From: an uncultured Flavobacteriales bacterium
GTDB taxonomy: Bacteria; Bacteroidota; Bacteroidia; Flavobacteriales_E; Vicingaceae
DNA length: 64,000 nucleotides
Direction: 5' to 3'
Assembly: GCA_963716125.1 (NCBI GenBank)
Contig: OY970294.1
Span: 3,585,396-3,649,395 of the forward strand
This document shows, one piece after another, positions 32,687 to 41,586 of the stretch (the first letter of the stretch is position 1; the number at the start of each line of letters is the position of its first letter). Under the pieces are notes generated by a model. The model was given only the letters and a program-made list of their open reading frames with translations. It made no database searches and was not told the origin of the DNA. A program made the position numbers and the translations under genes.

Positions 32687-32977
32687 TTAATTAAAAATAT
32701 TTTCTAAGTCTAGACTTCCAACAATAGCAACTATTTCAACCATTCCATCTAAAAATGTATAATAAATACTATCTGAACCACAAGGACAACATCTGCAATC
32801 TTTACTAATATTATCTACTGATTTGAAAGATAGAGGTCTTTGAGCTATTAGTTCAAAATATTCAAAAAATGTATTGAAATATTTATCAGCTTATGTCATT
32901 CCAAAACTGCGGATTCCAAATTGATGTATTCTAATTAAGTCTGCCTCTGCTTCATTACTAATTCTATAGTTTGGCAT
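32687..32977 (-). pseudogene. parE: ParE/RelE-family toxin inactivated by an in-frame TAA (codon 29) at 32891..32893
   Basis: The minus-strand ATG at 32977 overlaps the last codons of parD. The translation is MPNYRISNEAEADLIRIHQFGIRSFGMT*ADKYFNTFFEYFELIAQRPLSFKSVDNISKDCRCCPCGSDSIYYTFLDGMVEIVAIVGSLDLENIFN. It aligns with ParE1 (…WGVDQAEQY…GxRxLxxGSHxxFYRV…V.VLHQRMD). The stop replaces the conserved Gln (CAA->TAA). Confidence 0.7.
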
Positions 32978-33209
32978 CGTACAAAGCTTTAGATTTTGCT
33001 AATATTTCAGAACTTGTATTAGTTGTAAATCCACTTTTTTTTGCTCTGTCTAGTTTAGTCGCCAACCAATCTACTCGTCTTTGCTGATTTCTTGCCTGTC
33101 TTATCAAATCATTGACCAATTCACTTTTGCTTGCATATTCATTACTGCTAACTTGTGATTTTAACCATTCATCATTTGGCTCTGTAAAAGAAATACTTTG
33201 TCGTCCCAT
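32964..33209 (-). CDS. parD: ParD-family (RHH/CopG-like) type II antitoxin
   Basis: 81 aa. MGRQSISFTEPNDEWLKSQVSSNEYASKSELVNDLIRQARNQQ… closely parallels the ParD1 pattern MGKNTSFVLDEHYSAFIDGEIAAGRYRSASEVIRSALRLLEDRE…. Confidence 0.75.
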   Translation of the reverse strand: MGRQSISFTEPNDEWLKSQVSSNEYASKSELVNDLIRQARNQQRRVDWLATKLDRAKKSGFTTNTSSEILAKSKALYDAKL

Positions 33210-33348
33210 TATAATAGTTTTGATGTAAATTTACACCTATTATTAAAAATTTCAAGATTTGGAAGATTATTTGATTGAGAAAGAGCTAATGATGTAATAG
33301 TGTTTTTTTTATTTTATTACTATTAATAGTCGTATAAATCAATTAATT

Positions 33349-34257
33349 CTAATATTTAGCAGCCTTTATTTTTTTTCCAAAAAGCATTTGTTGGTGTTCC
33401 TTGGATAATTCATTATCCCAACTTAATAAATACTCTGTAAGCGGACTAATATTAAGAGAATCAAGATTTCGATATGGGAATGCCATAATCTCATTTGGGA
33501 AATTTTTCATTACAAAGTCTTTCTTTTTTCTAGCTTTTCTATTTTTATCAAAAGGCGAAATATATAGATCTAATGCTCCAAATAGATGTAAGAATTCATG
33601 AGCAATTACTGATGGATTTTTAAAACTAACTACTGAATATTCAGGATTATTATTGCTACCAATATGCAATGCTACAGAAATCTCGTCAGTATAATAATTA
33701 TTAATAAAATACATTAGGGCTACATTATCAGTCTTATGAATATCTCTAATCCTAGCTATTAATCTTTCTCTGTCTTTAGGGTTTATCTTAGTTCTTGTAA
33801 TGGTGGATGTGTCTGGTCCGTATATCTGCAAAGCTTTTTTTCCAACCTTATCTGCCCATCTGTCTATATTTCTCGTATTTATACCTGTAGAAGTGAAAAG
33901 ACTAGCAGAAAGAGTTTTCCTTGGTAGATTACTTTCAATAGGTATTATTCTTTTTGAATCTTGATGAAAATCTAATTCTATGTCAAGGTTAATATTCCTT
34001 TCTTTCGCTTGTCTCTCAAGCCAATATATAGCTTTATTTATTGAATCAGTTGTTGATGAAATATCAAAAGTAGACCAAGAGTTCGTATATCTTGAATCAA
34101 CAAAAATAGCATATAATATCACTTTTTCAGTTAGTTTCTTGCATACATTATTATTTACGGTTGAGATATGAGCTTCATTTCCATAGTGTTTTTGAAACAT
34201 TTGACAAGATGAAAAAAGGAAAATGAATGCGGAAGTAATAATTTTAAGTCTTATCAT
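33349..34257 (-). CDS. lipoprotein with an HExxH zinc-metallopeptidase-like motif (VIAHEFLHLFGALDLY)
   Basis: 302 aa with a lipoprotein signal (LFSSCQMF) and a single HEFLH motif followed by GxLDLY. The family was not recognised. Confidence 0.5.
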   Translation of the reverse strand: MIRLKIITSAFIFLFSSCQMFQKHYGNEAHISTVNNNVCKKLTEKVILYAIFVDSRYTNSWSTFDISSTTDSINKAIYWLERQAKERNINLDIELDFHQDSKRIIPIESNLPRKTLSASLFTSTGINTRNIDRWADKVGKKALQIYGPDTSTITRTKINPKDRERLIARIRDIHKTDNVALMYFINNYYTDEISVALHIGSNNNPEYSVVSFKNPSVIAHEFLHLFGALDLYISPFDKNRKARKKKDFVMKNFPNEIMAFPYRNLDSLNISPLTEYLLSWDNELSKEHQQMLFGKKIKAAKY

Positions 34258-34427
34258 TATTTAATAAACGTACTAAATTATATTTTATTTAATCATTAAG
34301 TTGTATCAAGGCTAAATTTGAAAAGTAAGCATTTCAGGATTTAAACTTATCAAAATAGTTACTAATTTGAATCAGTTTACAACCCAAAAATTTATTGCTA
34401 TTTTGCAGATACATTTGGCGTAAAACT

Positions 34428-35525
34428 TTATTGAATCTCGGGTCTAAATCTATCAAATGATTTCCAATATTTGTCTTTGTAAATATCAAAATCAACACTC
34501 AGTCTGTTTTTGTAATAAGATTTAATATTAGTTAGAACTTTTGAAGGCAATCTAAAATCCTTGCAAGCAAAATAGATATATCTTACATTATCAGCAGTTT
34601 GCCTTCCAACATTTAAATATCCTTCTGAATCCTTAAGTTCAAACATTAATTCATCTTCAAATTTATTCATTAATTCATACGTTTCTTTATCAGGCATTCC
34701 ATTCTCATTGCCTTTGAATTTGATCTCGATAGTCAGAATCCACGGATGAGAAGCTTTGCTGTCCCAGTTAAGAAGAGCGGAGTTAACAATTGCTAATAAA
34801 GGTTTGCCATTATTTAATGTTGCTTCAAGTGAATTGTAACTGTCGTTTTCTGTATTATATCTTGTTCCTTCGTACTTTTCAATAAATTCTTTCTGTCTCC
34901 AAATAAGATAATCTTTAAGCTTCTCAATTGGAATTAATTCTTTTTCAGCCTTATCTTTTCCAACAATCTTCATGTTATCAATAGTTGTCACAGAATTTAA
35001 TTCACCTAAATAATTATCCATGAAGATATAAATCCCGTTAATTATTGGTTCTTTTAAACCTTCTGTGTAATCTGCATGAATGACAGTAATATCTATTTCA
35101 TCGGGAAGCTCAGAATTATCATTAGAATAAAATGATAAATTCTCCTTACTAAATTTCAAATCGCCCATACTGATATATACATCGTTTATATCGAGGGCTG
35201 GTTTTAATTCTGTAAATCTCCAATTATTAATCTTAGGGGCAGATTGAGCCAGTTCTTCAACAAATACTATGTTTTTATAAATCCCATCGGCAGTTAAAAT
35301 TAATTCTGCAGTATTGTTGTCTAACATGCCGGCTAAAAAACAGTATCCGTCTCTAAGTTGATTTAGTTTTGATGCCAATTTATTAAAGAAATCGCGTTCA
35401 ATACTTTCTTGATTCTTTATAACTTTGAAGAAATCCTTCTCATTATTCTGAAACCAAATCCAAAAGTCTTTATTTGATTTTATGGGTGTTTCTTTTGCAC
35501 CTCTTAAGTTTCTAAATAGCCCCAT
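34428..35525 (-). CDS. hypothetical cytoplasmic protein
   Basis: 365-aa ORF with no signal peptide and no recognised motif. Confidence 0.5.
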   Translation of the reverse strand: MGLFRNLRGAKETPIKSNKDFWIWFQNNEKDFFKVIKNQESIERDFFNKLASKLNQLRDGYCFLAGMLDNNTAELILTADGIYKNIVFVEELAQSAPKINNWRFTELKPALDINDVYISMGDLKFSKENLSFYSNDNSELPDEIDITVIHADYTEGLKEPIINGIYIFMDNYLGELNSVTTIDNMKIVGKDKAEKELIPIEKLKDYLIWRQKEFIEKYEGTRYNTENDSYNSLEATLNNGKPLLAIVNSALLNWDSKASHPWILTIEIKFKGNENGMPDKETYELMNKFEDELMFELKDSEGYLNVGRQTADNVRYIYFACKDFRLPSKVLTNIKSYYKNRLSVDFDIYKDKYWKSFDRFRPEIQ

Positions 35526-35585
35526 TCAATTAAGTTTTTTATTTGTCTAATGTTTTTAGCCTTGCCTACAATAATTATTTAACAA

Positions 35586-35648
35586 CCTCTGTTCCCGCGC
35601 GATTGCATCGCGTGTTTAAATTCAAAAAACAATTTAGTTAAATTTTCT
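35586..35648 (+). repeat. REP-like element copy B (hairpin CGCGAT-TGC-ATCGCG plus conserved flank), 5' of the RAYT gene
   Basis: Near-identical to copy A. It lies 62 bp upstream of the RAYT start. Confidence 0.7.
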
Positions 35649-35709
35649 ACTCAAAGATATCTATTTTGTATCAATGAATTAGTTAATTTAGATAGCAAAT
35701 TATTTAGGT

Positions 35710-36273
35710 ATGAGCAGAAATTACAAGTTCAAAAATCCTAAGGGGCTTTACTTTGTCAGCTTTGCAGTAGTAAAATGGTTGGATGTTTTTACAAGGAATG
35801 AGTATAAAGATGTAATGCTTGATAGTTTAAGGTTTTGCCAAAAAGAAAAAGGATTAGAAATAATTGCTTGGTGTATCATGACCAATCATGTTCATTTAAT
35901 CTTTAGAACCACCAACGATTTTAAACCTGAACAAGTTTTAGGAGACATTAAAAGATTTACGAGCAAAAAAATTGTAAAAGCTATAGTAAATAATCCAAAA
36001 GAGAGTAGAAAAGAAAATTTACTACAAGTATTTAAAGCAGCAGCTAATGAATCATCCAATGTTAGAGATTATCAATTTTGGAGACATGACAATAAACCAA
36101 TAGAATTATGGAGTAATAAAGTAATTGCTCAAAAAGTAAAATACATTCATCAAAATCCAGTAGAAGCCGGATATGTTTACTATGCTAAAGACTATATATA
36201 CAGCAGCGCAGCAGATTATGCTGGCGAAAAAGGATTAATTGATAATATTATTTTAGCAGAGTTAAATTTATAA
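35710..36273 (+). mobile_element. REP-associated tyrosine transposase (RAYT; IS200/IS605 TnpA-like HUH Y1 transposase)
   Basis: 187 aa with the HUH motif (IMTNHVHLIF) and a C-terminal catalytic-Tyr region (AGYVYYAKDYIYSS). It is flanked by inverted REP hairpins (copies B and C). Confidence 0.75.
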
Positions 36274-36280
36274 CCAATTA

Positions 36281-36306
36281 ATCACGCGATGCAATCGCGC
36301 GAGAAC
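36281..36306 (-). repeat. REP-like element copy C (inverted orientation), 8 bp after the RAYT stop
   Basis: ATCACGCGATGCAATCGCGCGAGAAC is the reverse complement of GTTCTCGCGCGATTGCATCGCGTGAT. This matches the core of copies A and B. Confidence 0.7.
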
Positions 36307-36385
36307 GGTGATTTTATAATGTCTGATTTCATGTTCTAAAGTTATTCATTTTATTATTTCCATAAGCTTTCAAATAAATATCTAA

Positions 36386-36862
36386 TTATCTGTTAATTAA
36401 ACATTTTAACTTATCCTGAAGAAATTTTGGGGGATAAGTGTGTAATGTCCCTATAGCTAATAAAAACCAACCTGAAATAGAAAGAATTTGGTTTGGAACT
36501 GTTTGTGTCACATCCATTCCATCCATTCGATACGTTATTTCTTCTACAAATCTTGGCATTAAAGAAATTATACAAGCAACTAAACCTAATAGTGCGATTA
36601 AAATTGAAAAGTAGAAATGAGTTCTCCACCAAGTATTTAGTCGGCTATTAAGTCGGATTGGAAGTCCAACAAGTCCACACACAATTACTGTCAGTAAAGA
36701 AAGAAGAATGGCTAAAATTGGATGGAAAAATGTCAATCCAACGAAATTGATCAATCCACCTTGATAGTCGAACATTGCAAATAGCATATACAGAATAAAA
36801 GTCCCACCGATTGTCAGTCCAACTTGAAAAAGAATCGTCACTAATATGATTACTCTGGTCAA
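36386..36862 (-). CDS. hypothetical integral membrane protein
   Basis: 158-aa ORF with about four predicted TM helices. Confidence 0.4.
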   Translation of the reverse strand: MTRVIILVTILFQVGLTIGGTFILYMLFAMFDYQGGLINFVGLTFFHPILAILLSLLTVIVCGLVGLPIRLNSRLNTWWRTHFYFSILIALLGLVACIISLMPRFVEEITYRMDGMDVTQTVPNQILSISGWFLLAIGTLHTYPPKFLQDKLKCLINR

Positions 36863-37098
36863 TTTAGTTTTTTGTTTTAAATGTTCAATAACAATTGTAC
36901 AACAGCACCTTATAAAGGTATTTAATCCCCCAAAAATAACTATAAATTTTAAATTATAACATTAGAATCATTCATATTTAGGGTACTATGCAATTTTAAA
37001 CCTTTCTTAACAGTTAGTAACGGATAAGTATAAACCCCTCCTCTTTACTACATTTTATAATGACCTCAGAATAATTAAATTTTAAGGATATTTGTACT

Positions 37099-37290
37099 AT
37101 GAAAAAAACAACCCTTCTTTTTTGTTTTCTACTTTCATTGATGTTTATTTTCGTTTCATGCAATAGTACCAATGGAACTTATAAACGAATGAAAAGTAAG
37201 AAAAAAGGGTGCGATTGCCCTGGTTGGACTTTTAATAATCCTGATTCCTTTCCTTCTTCAAAGATGACCTTCAACAATTTTGATTGTTAA
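37099..37290 (+). CDS. small hypothetical lipoprotein (63 aa)
   Basis: Signal peptide plus lipobox (LMFIFVSCNS). It is short and unsupported otherwise. Confidence 0.25.
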   Translation: MKKTTLLFCFLLSLMFIFVSCNSTNGTYKRMKSKKKGCDCPGWTFNNPDSFPSSKMTFNNFDC

Positions 37291-37381
37291 TCTATATTCA
37301 TTTAAAATAATCCTATATTTTTCAATGAGTCTTGACTTTTCATTTCTTTTTTCTTCTGGCTTCGGTAAATCATTTTTAAAA

Positions 37382-37403
37382 AATATTATCTTACAATAAT
37401 ATT
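37382..37403. promoter_or_regulatory. candidate Fur-box-like operator (AATATTAT-CTTACA-ATAATATT, perfect 8-6-8 inverted repeat) upstream of feoAB
   Basis: AT-rich perfect dyad ~140 bp upstream of the feoA start. feoAB is a canonical Fur target. Confidence 0.35.
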
Positions 37404-37544
37404 CTATAATATTAACTTTAAGATTTTATAAAATGAATCATATCAGAAACTCACATTCGTTAATCTTTTAAAAAAAGATCTCAAATTATTAGGATAGAAT
37501 TATCCAAAAAGCCTACTTTAGCTATTTAGAATCAATCTAAATAA

Positions 37545-37781
37545 ATGAACACAGAAAATAAGCTTTCAGAGGCCAAAAAAGGCAGTTTAGTTAGAATAGA
37601 ATCTATTGAAGATGAAAGACTTTCCATTCAATTATTGTCTATGGGTTGTATGGTAGGCGAAAATGTTTTTGTAGAACAAATAGCTCCAGTTGGCGACCCA
37701 ATGATGATAAGTATTGATGGTGCTTTGCTAAGTTTAAGGAAAGATGATGCTAGAAAAGTAATAATTTCATATCTGAAGTAA
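37545..37781 (+). CDS. feoA: ferrous iron transport protein A
   Basis: 78-aa FeoA/SH3-like domain immediately upstream of feoB. Confidence 0.8.
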   Translation: MNTENKLSEAKKGSLVRIESIEDERLSIQLLSMGCMVGENVFVEQIAPVGDPMMISIDGALLSLRKDDARKVIISYLK

Positions 37782-37791
37782 CAAATTAGAA

Positions 37792-39762
37792 TTGGGAAAG
37801 AACAGCAAAAATCATTCAGAAAAGAAATTAAGATTATTATTAGTTGGTAATCCAAATGCAGGAAAGAGTTCTCTATTCAATGAATTGACTGGCTTAAAAC
37901 AACAAATCGGAAATTTTCCTGGAGTTACAGTAGAAAAAAAGAGCGGACATACTAAATTAGCACCTCATATTTCAGCAGAAGTAATGGATTTGCCAGGTAC
38001 GTATAGCCTAAGTCCAAGATCTGAAGATGAAAGAGTTACTTTTGATTACCTGCATACAAAAAGAGATGATAGGGAAGAAATTATTGTAGTAATCGCAGAT
38101 GCTAGCAATCTTAGAAGAAATTTATTACTGTGTTCTCAATTGTTAGACATGGACAAATCAGTGATTTTAGCACTGAATATGATGGACATTGTTCAGCAAA
38201 ACAAACAAGAAATTGATGTCGCATTCCTTACTGAAGAATTAAGCATCCCAGTGGTGCCTATGAACGCAAGAATTGGAAAAGGTGTAACTGAATTAAAAGA
38301 AGAAATTCTACGTTTTACTAAAAAAGAAAGACAGCCTTTTATCAGTTTAATTGAAAATGAAGAACCAATTGACAATGCCTACAGAAGAAATGCACGTATA
38401 AAAGAAATCGTTGCCAAAGCTGTAAAAAAAGAAGGCGAAAATACGGTAAATCAGCTTACACGAAAATTAGATAAAATCTTAACCCACAGAGTTTGGGGAT
38501 TTGCAATTTTCCTTTTCATATTATTTCTCATCTTTCAAGCAGTTTTCTCATGGTCTGAATTTCCTATGCGGATGATAGAAAATGGTTTTCTATTTTTTGG
38601 AAATTGGGTTTCAGAAGTGCTTCCTGCAGGTGTTTTTAATGATTTATTAGTGGATGGAATTATAGCTGGTTTAGGAGGAATTATCATATTCATTCCTCAA
38701 ATTGCAGCACTTTTTGCATTTATCTCCATTTTAGAAGATACAGGCTATCTTTCCAGAATCAGCTTTATGCTAGATGGAATTTTAAAGAAATTTGGTTTAA
38801 ATGGCCGATCAATCATTCCATTATTAAGTGGTGCAGCTTGTGCTGTTCCTGCTATTATGAGTGCACGAACAATCAGCAATAAAAAAGAACGCTTACTAAC
38901 CATATTTATCACTCCTTTAATCAGTTGCTCAGCACGAATTCCTGTTTACACATTAATTATTGCATTGATAATTCCTGCGGATGCTTCAATAGGTATTTTC
39001 AATTTACAAGGAATTGTGATGATGGCGTTGTACCTTATCGGGTTTATAGCTGCTATTGGAACATCATTTTTTATGCAATTCTTTGTAAAAACAGACGAAT
39101 CCAGTCATTTTATAATGGAAATGCCGATTTATAGAGCTCCAAGATGGAAAAATGTAGGTTATACCATCATTAATAAAGTGAAAGTCTTCTTATTTGAAGC
39201 AGGAAAAATAATCATTGCTATTTCAATCATTCTTTGGGTATTATCATCTTATGGCCCTGGAGATTCTTTTGAAAAAATTGAACAAAAATATCAGACAGGG
39301 CAATTAGAACCCAATATAAATAATGAAACAGTGACAGAGCAAATGGCTAGCGAAAAGTTGCAAGCTAGCTATGCCGGCCGATTAGGGAAATTTATAGAAC
39401 CGGCTATTCGTCCATTAGGCTTTGATTGGAAAATTGGCATTTCAATTATCACTTCTTTTGCCGCAAGAGAGGTTTTTGTAGGAACTATGGCAACTATTTA
39501 TTCAGTTGGCGATGCAGATAATACTACTTCATTAAAGGAAAAAATGCAACAAGCCAAAGATCCTACCACAGGTGAAAAAGTATATACAAAAGCTACCGGC
39601 TATTCCTTACTTATTTTTTATGCATTTGCATTGCAATGCATGGCTACTGTGGCTATTGTTGCCAGAGAAACCGCTTCCTATAAATGGCCAATTATACAAG
39701 TGGTATATATGGGTGCCTTAGCTTATTTGGCTAGCTTTATTACTTATCAATTTTTTAGTTAA
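37792..39762 (+). CDS. feoB: ferrous iron transport protein B
   Basis: N-terminal G-domain (LLVGNPNAGKSSLFNELTG) followed by a polytopic permease domain. Confidence 0.9.
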   Translation: MGKNSKNHSEKKLRLLLVGNPNAGKSSLFNELTGLKQQIGNFPGVTVEKKSGHTKLAPHISAEVMDLPGTYSLSPRSEDERVTFDYLHTKRDDREEIIVVIADASNLRRNLLLCSQLLDMDKSVILALNMMDIVQQNKQEIDVAFLTEELSIPVVPMNARIGKGVTELKEEILRFTKKERQPFISLIENEEPIDNAYRRNARIKEIVAKAVKKEGENTVNQLTRKLDKILTHRVWGFAIFLFILFLIFQAVFSWSEFPMRMIENGFLFFGNWVSEVLPAGVFNDLLVDGIIAGLGGIIIFIPQIAALFAFISILEDTGYLSRISFMLDGILKKFGLNGRSIIPLLSGAACAVPAIMSARTISNKKERLLTIFITPLISCSARIPVYTLIIALIIPADASIGIFNLQGIVMMALYLIGFIAAIGTSFFMQFFVKTDESSHFIMEMPIYRAPRWKNVGYTIINKVKVFLFEAGKIIIAISIILWVLSSYGPGDSFEKIEQKYQTGQLEPNINNETVTEQMASEKLQASYAGRLGKFIEPAIRPLGFDWKIGISIITSFAAREVFVGTMATIYSVGDADNTTSLKEKMQQAKDPTTGEKVYTKATGYSLLIFYAFALQCMATVAIVARETASYKWPIIQVVYMGALAYLASFITYQFFS

Positions 39763-39852
39763 TGGCTAGTAAATTCAGCTGAAGAAACATTAAAAAAATA
39801 TCTTCCTGAACCAACAGTTTCGGTATGCATTTCACTATTAAACCAATACCGT

Positions 39853-40374
39853 TTGCTCCTCACAATAAAAAAAAGTAGATCTACCAAATTAGGCGATTTC
39901 AGACCAGCACACGACAAAACACCTGCACGAATAAGTGTCAATGGCGATTTGAATAAATATTCATTTTTAGTTACTTTAATTCATGAAATTGCACACGGTG
40001 TTTGTTGGATAAAATATAATAGCAAAGTAAAACCCCACGGTGATGAATGGAAAAGAATCTATTCTGAAATGTTGTCACAATTTATTGGAAATGAAATATT
40101 CCCAACTGATTTAGAAAAAATTATTGTCAAACATATACATCGTCCTAAGGCATCTAGCTGTAGTGATATGAATCTTTTAAAAGCATTAAAAAAATATGAT
40201 GCTATTCCATCATTATTTTTAGAAGACCTTCCTTTTGATGCACATTTTGAACTGAGCAGCGGTAGAATTTTCCAAAAGAAAGAGCAAAAAAGAAAGCGTT
40301 TCTATTGCATAGAGTTAAAAACTCAACGTGCCTATTTAGTAAATCCATTAGCGGAAGTTAGATTAGTAGAGTAA
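39853..40374 (+). CDS. SprT-like zinc-metallopeptidase domain protein
   Basis: HExxH motif in LIHEIAHGVCW with an N-terminal SprT-like pattern. Confidence 0.55.
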   Translation: MLLTIKKSRSTKLGDFRPAHDKTPARISVNGDLNKYSFLVTLIHEIAHGVCWIKYNSKVKPHGDEWKRIYSEMLSQFIGNEIFPTDLEKIIVKHIHRPKASSCSDMNLLKALKKYDAIPSLFLEDLPFDAHFELSSGRIFQKKEQKRKRFYCIELKTQRAYLVNPLAEVRLVE

Positions 40375-40494
40375 ATTGAATAGCAAATTTCGAAATAAAC
40401 CAAGTTCAGATAAAATTTAAGCTTTTATTAATATTCATAAAATTTATAATGATTAGAATATTGGTAATTTAGACTTCTTAAAATTGACAAGAGA

Positions 40495-41583
40495 ATGAAT
40501 AAAAATAATTATTGTGTAATTATGGCGGGTGGAATTGGAAGTCGATTTTGGCCGATGAGTCGTACCTCTTACCCTAAGCAGTTTATAGATATTTTAGGAA
40601 CCGGAAGAACTCTGATTCAGCAAACTTATGATAGGTTGCAAAGAATAGCTCCAAAAGAAAATATCTTTGTAGTAACTAATGAAGATTATAGAGAATTAGT
40701 TTTGACTCAATGTGAAGGGATGCATGAATCACAAGTTTTGTGTGAACCAAGTAGAAGAAATACAGCACCTTGCATAGCTTATGCTTCTTATAAAATCAAA
40801 GCAAAGAATCCAAAAGCTAATATTTTAGTAGCTCCTGCAGATCACTTAATTTTAAAGGAAGACAAGTTTATTGAAAATGTAGAGTTGGGTTTAGATTATG
40901 TGGAAAAGAATAATGCCTTATTGACATTAGGAATTGATCCAAGCAGACCCGATACAGGATACGGTTATATTCAATATGACAGTGAGAAATCTAACAAAGA
41001 AGATAAAATTAAAAAAGTAAAAACCTTTACTGAAAAACCAGATTTAGAACTAGCGAAACAATTTGTAGAAAGTGGAGAATTCAGTTGGAATTCAGGGATG
41101 TTCATTTGGTCTTTACCAGCTATTATTGAGTCTTTTGAGAAATATCTACCTGATTTAAATACCTTTTTTAAAGAAGGAGAGAAATTATTAAACACTCCAA
41201 AAGAAGAAAAATTTATTAAAGATACTTATTCAGTTTGTAAGAGCATTTCTATTGACTATGGTATCATGGAAAAAGCTGCCAATGTTTATGTAATTTCTGC
41301 GGATATTGGATGGTCTGATTTAGGTACTTGGGGCTCTATTTACGGTCATTTAAAACAAGATGAAAATCACAATGCTGTTATTGGCAAAAATGTAATGCTT
41401 TATGATAGCCACGATTGTATTGTAAGTATGCCTAAGGACAAATTAGTGGTATTGCAGGGTTTAAAAGATTATATAGTAGTAGAATCTAATAATACTTTAC
41501 TGGTTTGTAAAAAAGAAGACGAGCAAAAAATTAAAGAATTTGTAACTGATATTCGGTTAAGTACAGGTGAGAAATATGTGTAA
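40495..41583 (+). CDS. manC: mannose-1-phosphate guanylyltransferase
   Basis: Nucleotidyltransferase motif MAGGIGSRFWPMSR and the length typical of GDP-mannose pyrophosphorylase. Confidence 0.85.
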   Translation: MNKNNYCVIMAGGIGSRFWPMSRTSYPKQFIDILGTGRTLIQQTYDRLQRIAPKENIFVVTNEDYRELVLTQCEGMHESQVLCEPSRRNTAPCIAYASYKIKAKNPKANILVAPADHLILKEDKFIENVELGLDYVEKNNALLTLGIDPSRPDTGYGYIQYDSEKSNKEDKIKKVKTFTEKPDLELAKQFVESGEFSWNSGMFIWSLPAIIESFEKYLPDLNTFFKEGEKLLNTPKEEKFIKDTYSVCKSISIDYGIMEKAANVYVISADIGWSDLGTWGSIYGHLKQDENHNAVIGKNVMLYDSHDCIVSMPKDKLVVLQGLKDYIVVESNNTLLVCKKEDEQKIKEFVTDIRLSTGEKYV

Positions 41584-41586
41584 AAT

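Noticed and set aside
36411-36632. 73-aa ORF nested in the 158-aa membrane-protein ORF
   Set aside because: It is an alternative frame of the same region on the same strand. The longer TM-rich frame is the more plausible gene.
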